In this document: positions 17,669 through 26,500 of the stretch, piece by piece | Layout of the letters: each line of letters begins with the position of its first letter | Position numbering within the stretch: position 1 is the stretch's first letter | Origin: Candidatus Bathyarchaeota archaeon | GTDB lineage: Archaea; Thermoproteota; Bathyarchaeia; Bathyarchaeales; Bathyarchaeaceae | NCBI GenBank assembly: GCA_020348365.1 | Contig: CP070749.1 | Location: 685,346-725,531 of the forward strand | Direction of reading: 5' to 3' | DNA length: 40,186 nucleotides | Translations under genes and position numbers: made by a program | Notes under the pieces: model-generated | The model's database searches: none | Told to the model about the DNA's origin: nothing | The model's input: the letters and a program-made list of their open reading frames with translations, nothing else

Positions 17669-19012
17669 CTAATCTTCTCTGGGGATTATCTCCAACACAT
17701 CAAGACTTATAGGCTCAGCCTTGACGCCAATGAGTTCAGACACATTTGGATTTGTTCGTCCCTCATCACCAGTTATCAGCTCCTTGACATAGAGGCCTCC
17801 CTGACAATGTATTCTCATTTCCATACGGTTTGGCTTCAACCTCTTTGTTTTCGCCTCATATATGTACTTTTCCCGAACACGATCCGCTCTTCGGTGCAAG
17901 ACGCGTAGAGGCGTTTGCTGGCGGATAATCGTGTTGGTGAGGGTTTGCTCCAAGATTCTCAACTCCTCGTCCGAGACTACTCTGTTTGACTCGATGACTA
18001 CATTGTACATTTTGGATGCACCCTCCCTTTTCTTCAATCTTCTAACCGCTTCCTTATCAGCAAAACGTAGACTCAAAACCTTCACCTTGGCTTCCGCCTG
18101 CTGATTTATAGCCTTCGTGAGGTCTTGCAGGTCTACTAATCGCCTTTTCGGTTTCTTAATCTCAACAACAAAGGGCCTCCCACGGCCAAGCATGCGAACG
18201 TCTACATCCTCTCGTCCCGCAGCGTGAAGCGCCGTCTCTTCTCCGTCAGATTCTTCTAAGAGTGGGGCTGAAATGATTTCTTCAACCGATTCTGAATACA
18301 TCTTTCCAGTCCAGTTGCACTCGCCGCAGCCTTTGCCCCTACAGTTTGGACAAAACCATCTGGATTGTGGAATTCCACGGACGAGTTTTCTATATCTTCC
18401 CGCTATGTAGAGCGGGTTCACTTGAAGTGTGACTTCATCGCTGAAGGGATTCACTATGACGACCACATCGGGTGTCCTATACTCTACCGTCTTCTCTACG
18501 ATTCTAGAGATTTCCTTTCCGATTTCACGACTAAACCCGTTCCGCATGCCCTCACCATGCTTCACTTCGAACTCAGCTTTGAATTCGTCTTCCTTTTCCT
18601 CCACTCTACTCGGGAGGTTTATGCCCACAAGAAATGTGGCGTAGTCATAGTCCGCCAGTTTCTCTACTGCGCTACTTACTAATGCTGGCAATTGTTCAAA
18701 GCGCCCCTCACAGAGGTGGCACCCTAGTTTTTTCCCAACCGTTTTCATCATCTTCGTTAACACTTCAGCCGCCATGTCAAAAGACCCATTCGTCACCAGA
18801 GTCCTTAACAATAAGAACCCTCCTCTTTCGCCCATGAGCGCTAGTTTGTTGGCCTTCATGGTCAGCAACGTCTTCATCACGTCGCCCCGTTTCTCATCGT
18901 CAAGTCCATAGCCTAGGAGGGCAAATTGCCTTCCTAAGCAGTGGTTGCAGAGGGAATATTTTTCAAGCATCCTCTGTGCCTTTTCAAGTATCCTCATGAG
19001 AAGCCACCCCAT
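17669..19012 (-). CDS. pus10: tRNA pseudouridine(54/55) synthase Pus10
   Basis: N-terminal zinc motif CNHCLGRQF...CHLCEG, a second Cys cluster CPNCRGKGCGEC, and a C-terminal pseudouridine synthase core (R.D.DVRMLG.GRPF). It lies in the conserved srp54-pus10-rpl21e-rpoF block. Confidence 0.85.
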   Translation of the reverse strand: MGWLLMRILEKAQRMLEKYSLCNHCLGRQFALLGYGLDDEKRGDVMKTLLTMKANKLALMGERGGFLLLRTLVTNGSFDMAAEVLTKMMKTVGKKLGCHLCEGRFEQLPALVSSAVEKLADYDYATFLVGINLPSRVEEKEDEFKAEFEVKHGEGMRNGFSREIGKEISRIVEKTVEYRTPDVVVIVNPFSDEVTLQVNPLYIAGRYRKLVRGIPQSRWFCPNCRGKGCGECNWTGKMYSESVEEIISAPLLEESDGEETALHAAGREDVDVRMLGRGRPFVVEIKKPKRRLVDLQDLTKAINQQAEAKVKVLSLRFADKEAVRRLKKREGASKMYNVVIESNRVVSDEELRILEQTLTNTIIRQQTPLRVLHRRADRVREKYIYEAKTKRLKPNRMEMRIHCQGGLYVKELITGDEGRTNPNVSELIGVKAEPISLDVLEIIPRED

Positions 19013-19043
19013 TCTGTATCAGGATAATTCCAGATTCTCTTCT

Positions 19044-20369
19044 CTACCTCGTTGGAAACTTCTTTCCAAGAAGAGGGAGTCCCTTCCTTCTGAAGGTTTT
19101 CATCATCTTCTTCATCGTCTTGTACTGCTTGAGAAGCTCCTTCACTTCTTTCTCGCTTGTACCTGAGCCACGAGCCACACGGCGTACCCTTGAAGAATTG
19201 AATATCTTGGGGTTCTCCCTCTCTTCAGGGGTCATAGACTCGATGATGATTCGCCATTTCTCCATGTGGCCCTCAGCCATCTCCATCATATCGTCAGGTA
19301 TTTTATAGGTTAGTCCCGGAACCATCTTAAGCAAATGCCTTAGAGGTCCGAGGCTTCTCATGGATTTGACCTGCTCGTACATGTCCGTGAGGGTGAACCT
19401 CCCACTCAGAAAGGCTTGAAGTTTCTTCTCTGGCACCTCCACCTCTGCCTCACGCACTTTCTCGATGAGACTCTGTAGGTCCCCCATTCCTAGCAGTCTG
19501 CCGACAAATCGGGACGGAACAAACGCCTCCATATCACCGATTTTCTCACCTGTGCCGATGAATTTTATCGGTGCGCCTATAGTGGCAACGGCGGATAACG
19601 CACCTCCACCCCTTGCAGAACCATCGAGCTTCGCGACAAAGATGGAGCCAATCGGTGTAGCTTCGTGAAAGGCTTTTGCTTGCGTGGCAGCTTGCTGGCC
19701 GATTGTGCCATCAATGACCAAAATGACCTCTCTGGGTTTGACCCTTTTCTCCATCGTCCTCATCTCTTTGATCAGACTTTTCTCGTTCTTGTGTCGCCCT
19801 GCTGTGTCGAGGATGATTATGTCATAGTTATCGAACTTCTTCAGTCCATCCAAAGCTATTTGGATTGAGTTCTTTACTTTCGGATTTCCATATACTGGAA
19901 CGTTCGCCAGTTTTCCAAGCTGTTCTAGCTGAGCTAGAGCGCCCGGCCTATAGGTGTCTGTGCAGACCAGTGCAGTATTCAGTCCCCTCTTCTGGAAGTA
20001 TTTGGCGAGTTTCGCCGATGTCGTCGTTTTTCCTGATCCTTGGATTCCAACGAGCATGAGGATGTTACTTTTTCCAGTCCTTATCTTCAGTAAGGCTGAT
20101 TTCTCACCGAGAATGTGTGTTAACTCCTCGTAAACAACCTTCACCAGATGTTCTCTTCTCGATACGCCTTTTGGAAGCTTCTCATTGAGGGCTCTATCTT
20201 CTATCCGTTTAGAGATTTCTAGAACAAGTTTTACATTAACATCTGACTGTAGCAGAGAGCGTTGGATGTCGCGACCGAGCTCTTTGACCAGTGCTTCGTC
20301 TATAACGGACGCTCGGAAAACCTTCCTGAGTGCCTCATATAACGAAGAGCCGAGACGCTCCAGAACCAT
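19044..20369 (-). CDS. srp54: Signal recognition particle protein SRP54
   Basis: GTPase motifs [15 protein letters not shown] and AKLDG, followed by a Met-rich C-terminal M domain. Confidence 0.95.
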   Translation of the reverse strand: MVLERLGSSLYEALRKVFRASVIDEALVKELGRDIQRSLLQSDVNVKLVLEISKRIEDRALNEKLPKGVSRREHLVKVVYEELTHILGEKSALLKIRTGKSNILMLVGIQGSGKTTTSAKLAKYFQKRGLNTALVCTDTYRPGALAQLEQLGKLANVPVYGNPKVKNSIQIALDGLKKFDNYDIIILDTAGRHKNEKSLIKEMRTMEKRVKPREVILVIDGTIGQQAATQAKAFHEATPIGSIFVAKLDGSARGGGALSAVATIGAPIKFIGTGEKIGDMEAFVPSRFVGRLLGMGDLQSLIEKVREAEVEVPEKKLQAFLSGRFTLTDMYEQVKSMRSLGPLRHLLKMVPGLTYKIPDDMMEMAEGHMEKWRIIIESMTPEERENPKIFNSSRVRRVARGSGTSEKEVKELLKQYKTMKKMMKTFRRKGLPLLGKKFPTR

Positions 20370-20403
20370 ATTGCCTTCTCCAATTCTAAACCTAGATTCA
20401 CGC

Positions 20404-20412
20404 TTTTAAATA
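20404..20412 (-). promoter_or_regulatory. Candidate TATA box for srp54 (in the divergent intergenic region)
   Basis: TTTTAAATA on the plus strand, TATTTAAAA on the minus strand. It lies 35-43 nt upstream of the srp54 ATG. Confidence 0.35.
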
Positions 20413-20490
20413 CATTTACTGCGAGGCAGGCTGTCCGCCCACCAAAACTCTTTTTTCTCCCATCAGCAATTTAGAAGAGAGGGATGTCTT

Positions 20491-21234
20491 TTGTCTGAAG
20501 CCGTCAGAATTGTTGAGAAGAAGCGTATACCTTCAGGAGCTATCATGCTCCAAGGCCTTCCTGATGTGGGTTTAGTCGGCTTGATAGCAACCTCATACAT
20601 AATCTCTGAACTCAACTTGGACGAGATAGCCTATGTCGACTCAGACCTCCTACCGCCAATAGTAGTTCTGCATAAGGGACTCCCACACGCGCCACTTAGA
20701 ATCTATGGTAACAAGGATCTAATCGCGGCCATCTCTGAAATAGCAGTTCCCGTAAAGGCGCTACACCGAATAATGAGGAAACTTGTGGACTGGGCTGAAT
20801 CAAAAAACGTCACAATGATTCTGTCTATGGGGGGGCTGCCCGTCCAGAACAGACAGGATATCAAGGAACCGAAAGTCTTTGGGGCAGGCTCGAGTGAAGC
20901 CTCACTCAAGTTGTTGCGTGAAAAGGGACTAGAAATACTCAATGAAGGCTTCATAGTTGGTCCTCAGGCGCTAACTATGCGGTACTGTGTCGAAAGAAAG
21001 CTCACAGCCGTAGCGCTTCTCGCTCAATCATTCTTCAACTATCCTGACCCTGAGGCTTCAGCGGTAGCTATAAAGAAGTTTGCTCAAATCACAGACAAGA
21101 AAGTAGATGTCTCAGACCTTCTTGAGAAGGGCGAGGAAATACGGCTGAGAGCCAGAGACATTATGCGGAGAACCCAAAGCGAGCTGAACCAAATGAAGAA
21201 GTCGCAGGAGTACGACCTTCCATTATATGTTTGA
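20491..21234 (+). CDS. PAC2-family (proteasome assembly chaperone-like, COG1938) protein
   Basis: MLQGLPDVGLVGLIA near the N-terminus and the overall ~245-aa length fit archaeal PAC2 proteins. TTG start. Confidence 0.65.
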   Translation: MSEAVRIVEKKRIPSGAIMLQGLPDVGLVGLIATSYIISELNLDEIAYVDSDLLPPIVVLHKGLPHAPLRIYGNKDLIAAISEIAVPVKALHRIMRKLVDWAESKNVTMILSMGGLPVQNRQDIKEPKVFGAGSSEASLKLLREKGLEILNEGFIVGPQALTMRYCVERKLTAVALLAQSFFNYPDPEASAVAIKKFAQITDKKVDVSDLLEKGEEIRLRARDIMRRTQSELNQMKKSQEYDLPLYV

Positions 21235-21691
21235 GGAGGAAAGGGGAATGTATGGAGAGAGAAGGAAGCGCTCAGTTTTTGAGATAGTAAGGGAGTATAT
21301 GGAACGTCTCGATGCTTGGGCTGACGAGTTGCTTGAGTCACCAGAACATCCTAGCTGGGATGTCCAGTCTTGCTGCCTTGAACCCCTATGTGATATCTCA
21401 GTTACAGCCGACGAGGTTGTCGTTACCGCCGACCTTCCATACGCACAGCCTGAAACCATTGTAGTGGAGGCGGTGGAAGATAACCTCATCGAGATTTCAG
21501 CGAAGATAAAGCGAAAAGTAAGGTTTGGCGACTTCGGGATAACCCACCGAAAAGGGGAGTTCTCATCGTTCCGCTCACGCGCTCGCATCCCTATGCCTGT
21601 CGAGACTGATCGGATGAAAATACATTTCAAACGTGGGATTCTGGAAGTTCATTTGTCCAGAAAGAAGGGGCATAGAGTAAAGATAGAGTGA
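21227..21691 (+). CDS. Hsp20 / alpha-crystallin family small heat-shock protein
   Basis: The alpha-crystallin-like core is DISVTADEVVVTADLPYAQPETIVVEAVEDNLIEISAK...F.R...IP..V......A.F..GILEV.L. The start may instead be the ATG at 21248, which follows GGAGGA. Confidence 0.6.
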   Translation: MFEEERGMYGERRKRSVFEIVREYMERLDAWADELLESPEHPSWDVQSCCLEPLCDISVTADEVVVTADLPYAQPETIVVEAVEDNLIEISAKIKRKVRFGDFGITHRKGEFSSFRSRARIPMPVETDRMKIHFKRGILEVHLSRKKGHRVKIE

Positions 21692-22013
21692 GTAACGGCT
21701 ATTAAGAAGTCAGAAGAATCAAACGGAGAGCCTAGAAATTGATTAATGGTGATTAATTGTATGCACGCCGCTTCTCACATAATTGATAGATTCAATCGTT
21801 AAGAGGAATAGCCGGGGACTTGGGGGCTTCTGCACATGGAGCGCGCGCGTGGTGGGAGTGGGAACAAACTTAGTTAGTGGAAGAAGAGCCAAGAAGAAAG
21901 ATACAGAACAATGTTAGAGTAGTCGCCCGCACTCTGACAAAACAAACCGCAAAAGCAACAAGAATATGTAGTTCATTAACGGATAGATAGACTCAGAAGG
22001 TTTTGCAAAAGCC

Positions 22014-22079
22014 TTGAAGCCTCAGCGCTGATTAGTGTCTTCACAGGTCCGACGGCTCTTCTTGCATCATCGGCTTCAA
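22014..22079 (-). ncRNA. Candidate archaeal C/D box sRNA
   Basis: The minus strand reads, in order:
- UUGAAGCC (terminal stem), then G
- AUGAUGC (C box, 6/7 match)
- AAGAAGAGCCGU (12-nt guide)
- CGGA (D'), then CCU
- GUGAAGA (C', 6/7 match)
- CACUAAUCAGCG (12-nt guide)
- CUGA (D box)
- GGCUUCAA (terminal stem)
The 8-bp terminal stem is perfect. Both box-to-box spacers are exactly 12 nt, which is the archaeal hallmark. Confidence 0.45.
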
Positions 22080-22146
22080 GAGAAGTTGTCCAATCTCCTT
22101 AATGAGACTTGTTTAATCTAAAGAGAGCTTAAGCTGTACTTTCGTG

Positions 22147-22551
22147 CTAGCTTTTTGTTCTCATTATCTTTGTTCTGCCCAGGATGCGCCAGTACTCAAC
22201 CTCAACCCCAGAGGCGAGTCTGGATGTCAACGCTTTGTCATCTGGCGTCGGAGCTTCAAAAACAGCGTATGTTTCGAGATCCATCAGCTGCACTGCTGAC
22301 GGTAGCAATGCTATAACCTGTGCGCCTCTCTTATCGATAATTGGAACCTCAACTTGTGCGCTGACAGGCCTAACGAGGGTTCTCTTCGTCCCGTCAAAGA
22401 CTCCTATGGCAACTATTCTCGCCTTTGCGGATCCATGTTTTCCTGGCTTCGACTTTGAATAGCTAGCTATGCGACAAGGTTCATTTTCTATCATCACGTA
22501 GCTGCCGACCTTTAGGGCTCCCAAATCCATAGGTTTGCTCATTGTATTCAC
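22147..22551 (-). CDS. eif5a: Translation initiation factor 5A (aIF5A)
   Basis: The hypusine loop SKPGKHGSAKA is present. Length is 134 aa. Confidence 0.9.
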   Translation of the reverse strand: MNTMSKPMDLGALKVGSYVMIENEPCRIASYSKSKPGKHGSAKARIVAIGVFDGTKRTLVRPVSAQVEVPIIDKRGAQVIALLPSAVQLMDLETYAVFEAPTPDDKALTSRLASGVEVEYWRILGRTKIMRTKS

Positions 22552-22688
22552 CTTAATATACAGCAGTTTTCATTCAGCAAGTAGATACATTAAGGTATCG
22601 TATGAAGTCTATACTATTGCCGCATCATTTAATGTTCTCCCATATCAGTTTAAATAGTGAGCACAATTATCAATCTGAGGGAAGGACA

Positions 22689-23525
22689 GTGTTCAACGCT
22701 GTCAGCATAATCGCGAGAGTTGATCAGAGAAAGGCATTGGATTTCGCGACAAATCTTATAGAGCATCTGGAAGCTAGAGGGCTAGCCGTCTCCCTAGAGC
22801 CAAGGCTCGCAAAACACGCCAAAAGGAAAGAGTCCGCGATAACGCTGAAAGAGATGAAGACCGACCTGATCATAACCGTGGGGGGCGACGGCACTATACT
22901 CAGAACGTGCCTCTTGCTTCCGAAGCCTGAGCCGCCAATCCTCGCCATCAACATGGGTGTACGTGGGTTTCTCGCGGAAGTACCCCCAGAAAAGGGACTA
23001 GACGCTGTGAATAGGTGCCTCAATGGGAATTTTCATCTGGAAAAATGCATGAAGCTATCTTCTTCAATCGAAGCCAAAAGACTGCCCGACGCTTTGAACG
23101 AAGTTCTGATAACCTCTCAGGCGCCGTCCAAGCTATTACACGTCAGGATCAGAAAGGATGAGACAGCGGTAGCTGAGTGTCGAGCGGATGGCATGCTTGT
23201 TGCGTCTCAAGTGGGATCCACGGGCTATTCGCTATCAGCGGGGGGACCCGTTTTGGACCCTGATGTTGACGCATTTGTATTCACTCCCATCTGTCCTTTG
23301 ACCGCCTTTCATCCCCTGGTCTTCTCAGCGAAGAATACGATCCTCATACAGCTTCTCAAGCCCAAGAAGGCGTTTGTCGTTTTGGATGGTCACTATCGAG
23401 CTGAGATGAATCCGAAGAACCCTCGAATCAGTGTTTCGAAGTCTGAGCATGAATCTTCGTTCGTTCGCTTTGACGATGGTTTTTACCGTCGTTTGAAGAG
23501 TAGGCTCCTCTTTGCTAGGAGCTAG
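22689..23525 (+). CDS. nadK: NAD kinase
   Basis: GGDGT, NMGVRGFLAE and ASQVGSTGYSLSAGGP motifs. The track start (22602) adds 29 non-conserved residues. I prefer the in-frame GTG at 22689, which is preceded by GGAAGG. Confidence 0.8.
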   Translation: MFNAVSIIARVDQRKALDFATNLIEHLEARGLAVSLEPRLAKHAKRKESAITLKEMKTDLIITVGGDGTILRTCLLLPKPEPPILAINMGVRGFLAEVPPEKGLDAVNRCLNGNFHLEKCMKLSSSIEAKRLPDALNEVLITSQAPSKLLHVRIRKDETAVAECRADGMLVASQVGSTGYSLSAGGPVLDPDVDAFVFTPICPLTAFHPLVFSAKNTILIQLLKPKKAFVVLDGHYRAEMNPKNPRISVSKSEHESSFVRFDDGFYRRLKSRLLFARS

Positions 23526-24066
23526 AGTATTGACGCCTCAAAAGGTTCTAGTTCTAGACACATCGGCGTTCATCGCTGGTTTTGATTCGTTATCAGTTGG
23601 TGAGGCGCAGTATTCTGTTCCTGAGGTTGGGCGTGAACTTCTCTTGAATTCGCTGACCAAGCTGAGATTCACCACTGCAGTAGACAATGGAAGATTGAAG
23701 ATTAAGGTCCCTGCTGAGGAAGCTCTTGGAAGAGTGAAGGAGGCTTCTAGAAAGGTGGGGGATGTCCTTTTTCTTTCTGACGCCGATTTACAGGTGTTGG
23801 CTCTTGCTCTTGAGCTGAAGGCTGAAGGTTATGACCCACAGATTGTGACAGATGATTACTCTATCCAGAACGTGGCTGACCAGTTAGGGATAGCGTTTGC
23901 TCCTCTCATGACTTTTGGGATAAGATTTCGCCTAGAATGGGTGATCTATTGTCCAGCCTGCCACCGTAAATACTCTTCAGACCACAGTCTCAAGTCTTGT
24001 GAGGTCTGCGGCACGAAGCTCAAAAGAAAGCCTTTGGGAAAAAGGGCCGTAAGAGAGAGCGAGTAA
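23512..24066 (+). CDS. nob1: Nob1-like PIN-domain endonuclease with C-terminal zinc ribbon
   Basis: N-terminal VLDTSAFIAG (PIN), then TDDYSIQNVA..LGI, then CPACHRKY....CEVCGTKLKRK. Start uncertain (TTG 23512 or 23530). Confidence 0.7.
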   Translation: MLGARVLTPQKVLVLDTSAFIAGFDSLSVGEAQYSVPEVGRELLLNSLTKLRFTTAVDNGRLKIKVPAEEALGRVKEASRKVGDVLFLSDADLQVLALALELKAEGYDPQIVTDDYSIQNVADQLGIAFAPLMTFGIRFRLEWVIYCPACHRKYSSDHSLKSCEVCGTKLKRKPLGKRAVRESE

Positions 24067-24104
24067 TGTTTTCCGGTGGTCTCGGCTGAGAGCTTGTATA
24101 GAGT

Positions 24105-24926
24105 CTAAGATTGTGCTTCTCTTAGTTCATTGAAGGTTTTATTGTATTCCACCGTCTTTTCTGCTGGATTCTCAGAGTAGATTATGGCTCTTCCCACATT
24201 TATGAGAATGTTTCTTCCAGCTGCTTTAATCACCTTCTCTTCATCACCTTTCTGGGTGCCTATGCCTGGGATTAGGAAGAGCTTGTCTTCTCCGGCTCGG
24301 ACTCTTATGGTTCTAATGTCTGCTTCTGTTACGTGTCCTGTGGCGCCTATGACGCACCCGTCGGCAGCGTACCCTTTTACATCCTCGGCGATGGCGATGA
24401 AGAGGGGTCTGCCCATAATTGTTGCTTGGGTTTGGTATTTGAGGGCTTCTGGGTTTGAGGTTAGGGTTAGGGCTATTATGCCAATTGGAGGTTTGTAGTT
24501 GTGGGCTGTATCGACGGTGGCTTGGAGGTTTCCCAGGAGAGGGTTAAAGGTTATGGCGTCGTAACCGCACTCGTGTATGTGGAAGAGGGCGGAGTCTATT
24601 GAGGCGCCTATGTCGCTCAGCTTGTAGTCAAGGATAGAGAGAGCACCTGCGTTGTGGATGGCGGTTGTGAGGGTTTCGTGCTGGTCTTTGGTGAAGCCCC
24701 AAACGTATTGTTGGTTTGGCTTGTAGGCACAGCAGAAATCCCCTGTCTGTTCTATTATGTCCAAGCAGAATACAAGTCTGGCCACGTTCTCATCTGCTTC
24801 TTCCAGATACTTCTTGGATATTGTGTTCTGGCTTCTTTGTCTAGGCAAAGCTGGGTCTAAACCTACACATAAGATGCTGTTTTTTCCTTCTGAAAACTGG
24901 GAGTATCTTTCTGCAAATCCCATCAT
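24105..24926 (-). CDS. pyrF: Orotidine 5'-phosphate decarboxylase (type 2)
   Basis: ILCVGLDP, YKPN and DYKLSDIG are typical of long-type PyrF. Length is 273 aa. Confidence 0.8.
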   Translation of the reverse strand: MMGFAERYSQFSEGKNSILCVGLDPALPRQRSQNTISKKYLEEADENVARLVFCLDIIEQTGDFCCAYKPNQQYVWGFTKDQHETLTTAIHNAGALSILDYKLSDIGASIDSALFHIHECGYDAITFNPLLGNLQATVDTAHNYKPPIGIIALTLTSNPEALKYQTQATIMGRPLFIAIAEDVKGYAADGCVIGATGHVTEADIRTIRVRAGEDKLFLIPGIGTQKGDEEKVIKAAGRNILINVGRAIIYSENPAEKTVEYNKTFNELREAQS

Positions 24927-25063
24927 TTTCGTGTTCCTCAGCCTTTACAGTCATTGCTATGTCAGGGAATTAAAGACTTTTTGGAGATTGGAGATAACAA
25001 TTGACGATGCCGCGCGTTAATTACTGTATTTTACAATCCATGGTTTGCATACATGCATAGTAT

Positions 25064-25180
25064 TGGCGCCGGGGATGGGATTTGAACCCATGAGGGCCCA
25101 AAGACCCACTGGCTGCCACGTCTGAGCCCCTATTGTAGAGAGATCTCGAGGCCAGCGCATTACCGCTCTGCCACCCCGGC
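25064..25180 (-). tRNA. tRNA-Ser(CGA) with a 30-nt intron at the canonical 37/38 position and an encoded CCA
   Basis: The minus strand folds by hand as follows:
- Acceptor stem GCCGGGG / CCCCGGC
- D arm GCAG-AGCGGUA-AUGC
- Anticodon stem CUGGC / GCCAG, with loop CU-CGA-GA after intron removal
- Long variable arm GGGUC-UUUG-GGCCC (class II tRNA)
- T arm AUGGG-UUCAAAU-CCCAU
- Discriminator G, then CCA. Confidence 0.85.
25115..25144 (-). other. tRNA-Ser intron (bulge-helix-bulge-like context)
   Basis: The intron is AUCUCUCUACAAUAGGGGCUCAGACGUGGC. Loop nucleotides CUCG can pair with intron CGUG (3 of 4 pairs). This pairing is flanked by two 3-nt bulges (AG|A and GC|A) that contain the splice sites. 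An outer helix UCU/AGA is also possible. Confidence 0.7.
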
Positions 25181-25204
25181 ACACCAAAAAACCTACAACA
25201 CCCC

Positions 25205-25212
25205 TAAAATAA
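25205..25212 (-). promoter_or_regulatory. Candidate TATA box for tRNA-Ser
   Basis: The minus strand reads TTATTTTA, ending 24 nt upstream of the mature tRNA 5' end. Confidence 0.45.
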
Positions 25213-25301
25213 CCTTCTGCCACCACACAAGCATGTTTGGAGTCTATTTTGGTTGTATAGTGAATCTGGATCAAGGGGGGTGTCTGTGCGTGCGAGGCGC
25301 T

Positions 25302-26285
25302 CTATGCCTCAGACTCCTCCTTGCGCATAACCAGATCAGCCACATCCACAGCGCAGTCAAAAATCCGCCCAACCAACCCAGCCACAGCCAACACACACGC
25401 ACCAACAGCCCCAGCCCCACCAACAGCCACCTCAACGCTTTCAAGCAACGCCTCAACCCGCTCCCGCTCGCGCCTCACACCTTCAGCAACTCCAACATCC
25501 CTACTGAATACGGCTTCCAAGGCCCTCTCATGACTCCGAAAAACAAACTCGTGCAGCTTAAACAAAGGCTCAGACAAGCCTTTGTCTGCTCCTTCGCCAA
25601 GCTCAACAGCCTTCTCAGCTACCTCCACACTCAAATCCCCAACGGATTCAACCAAGCTTGCCATCAGCCTATAATCCAAACACTCGATGGTCCTAACACC
25701 CAATCTCTCACCTAAACCAGGGCTCTGAACGATGGTTCTCAAAAGCCTAACCAACAAGAAGTACAGCCGGTCAACCTCAACATCTCTGGCAACCACATTT
25801 CTAGCCAGATGTGAATCACCACCAGCAAAAGCCCTCACAGCATCCCTATGCATGCCCGCAGCAATAGAATATTCACGCCTCAGAATCTTCTCAGGGGGAA
25901 AGGTGGAAGGCTCCAACAGACACTGCAAAACTATCTTAGAATAATCCTCCTCAACGATCTCCAAACCAATCAAACCGCTTGAAGCCGCCTTAACACTCTC
26001 ACGATCATCTGCCGTAATCCTATCCTCAGCCATAACACGGATAACATCATAGCCCAACAGATACTTGCCAGTGATTTCGCGGTTGAGATAAAGAGAAGGC
26101 TTAATCACAGCCATCCGCGGCTCACGCTCAAAATCGTACTTGGCATCAACCGCCAGCCGACCATCCACTAACTCAGAAACAGCCACAACAGACCCACGAT
26201 CAAGTCCCACGCTCTCAGCCCAATCCTTAGGCAAACAGACGAAGAAACTCCCGCTACTTGTTCTCTGAACCTTACGAAGCTCCAC
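25302..26285 (-). CDS. phoU: AbrB/SpoVT-like DNA-binding domain plus PhoU-domain regulator
   Basis: From the GTG at 26285 the sequence (V)ELRKVQRTSSGSFFVCLPKDWAESVGL..GS.V is the typical archaeal AbrB-type N-terminus. Two PhoU-like helical repeats follow (A..V..RD.EVD.LY....R). The 56 residues the track adds upstream look non-coding. Confidence 0.7.
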   Translation of the reverse strand: MELRKVQRTSSGSFFVCLPKDWAESVGLDRGSVVAVSELVDGRLAVDAKYDFEREPRMAVIKPSLYLNREITGKYLLGYDVIRVMAEDRITADDRESVKAASSGLIGLEIVEEDYSKIVLQCLLEPSTFPPEKILRREYSIAAGMHRDAVRAFAGGDSHLARNVVARDVEVDRLYFLLVRLLRTIVQSPGLGERLGVRTIECLDYRLMASLVESVGDLSVEVAEKAVELGEGADKGLSEPLFKLHEFVFRSHERALEAVFSRDVGVAEGVRRERERVEALLESVEVAVGGAGAVGACVLAVAGLVGRIFDCAVDVADLVMRKEESEA

Positions 26286-26500
26286 AATAGACCACTCAAA
26301 TAAGGTATGAACACATCCAAATAAGAATGTACTATCGAAAGCTGACGATGAATGTTGGAATAGCAGCATACATTTCACTACATATACAGACGCAGTGTTA
26401 TTCACTCCAAGCGTCTGCATCACAGGAAAACAGAAAAGACAGAACCCAAACAACTAAATCGCCGTTCTGAGAAAACGAGACTGACGGAGGAAGCTAGGTC

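Noticed and set aside
25017-25274. 85-aa minus-strand ORF
   Set aside because: It overlaps the complete tRNA-Ser(CGA) gene and its intron. The tRNA fold explains the region.
25064-25301. tRNA-Ser as an integration site for a mobile element
   Set aside because: There is no integrase, no direct repeat of the tRNA 3' end, and no foreign-looking genes on either side. Only the composition flip is unusual, and that is reported separately.
25233-25715. 160-aa plus-strand ORF, and the smaller ORFs at 25271-25456 and 25321-25533
   Set aside because: These are shadow ORFs antisense to the phoU-like gene in an extremely C/A-rich stretch. The translations are Pro/Thr/Ala/Asn low-complexity strings.
26286-26453. 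N-terminal extension of the phoU-like ORF. There are similar extensions at 31559-31705 for the aminotransferase and 22602-22688 for NAD kinase.
   Set aside because: The extensions are hydrophobic or Cys-rich junk that precedes the conserved family N-termini. The aminotransferase extension also overlaps the upstream divergent gene. In-frame GTG or ATG starts fit the homology patterns better.
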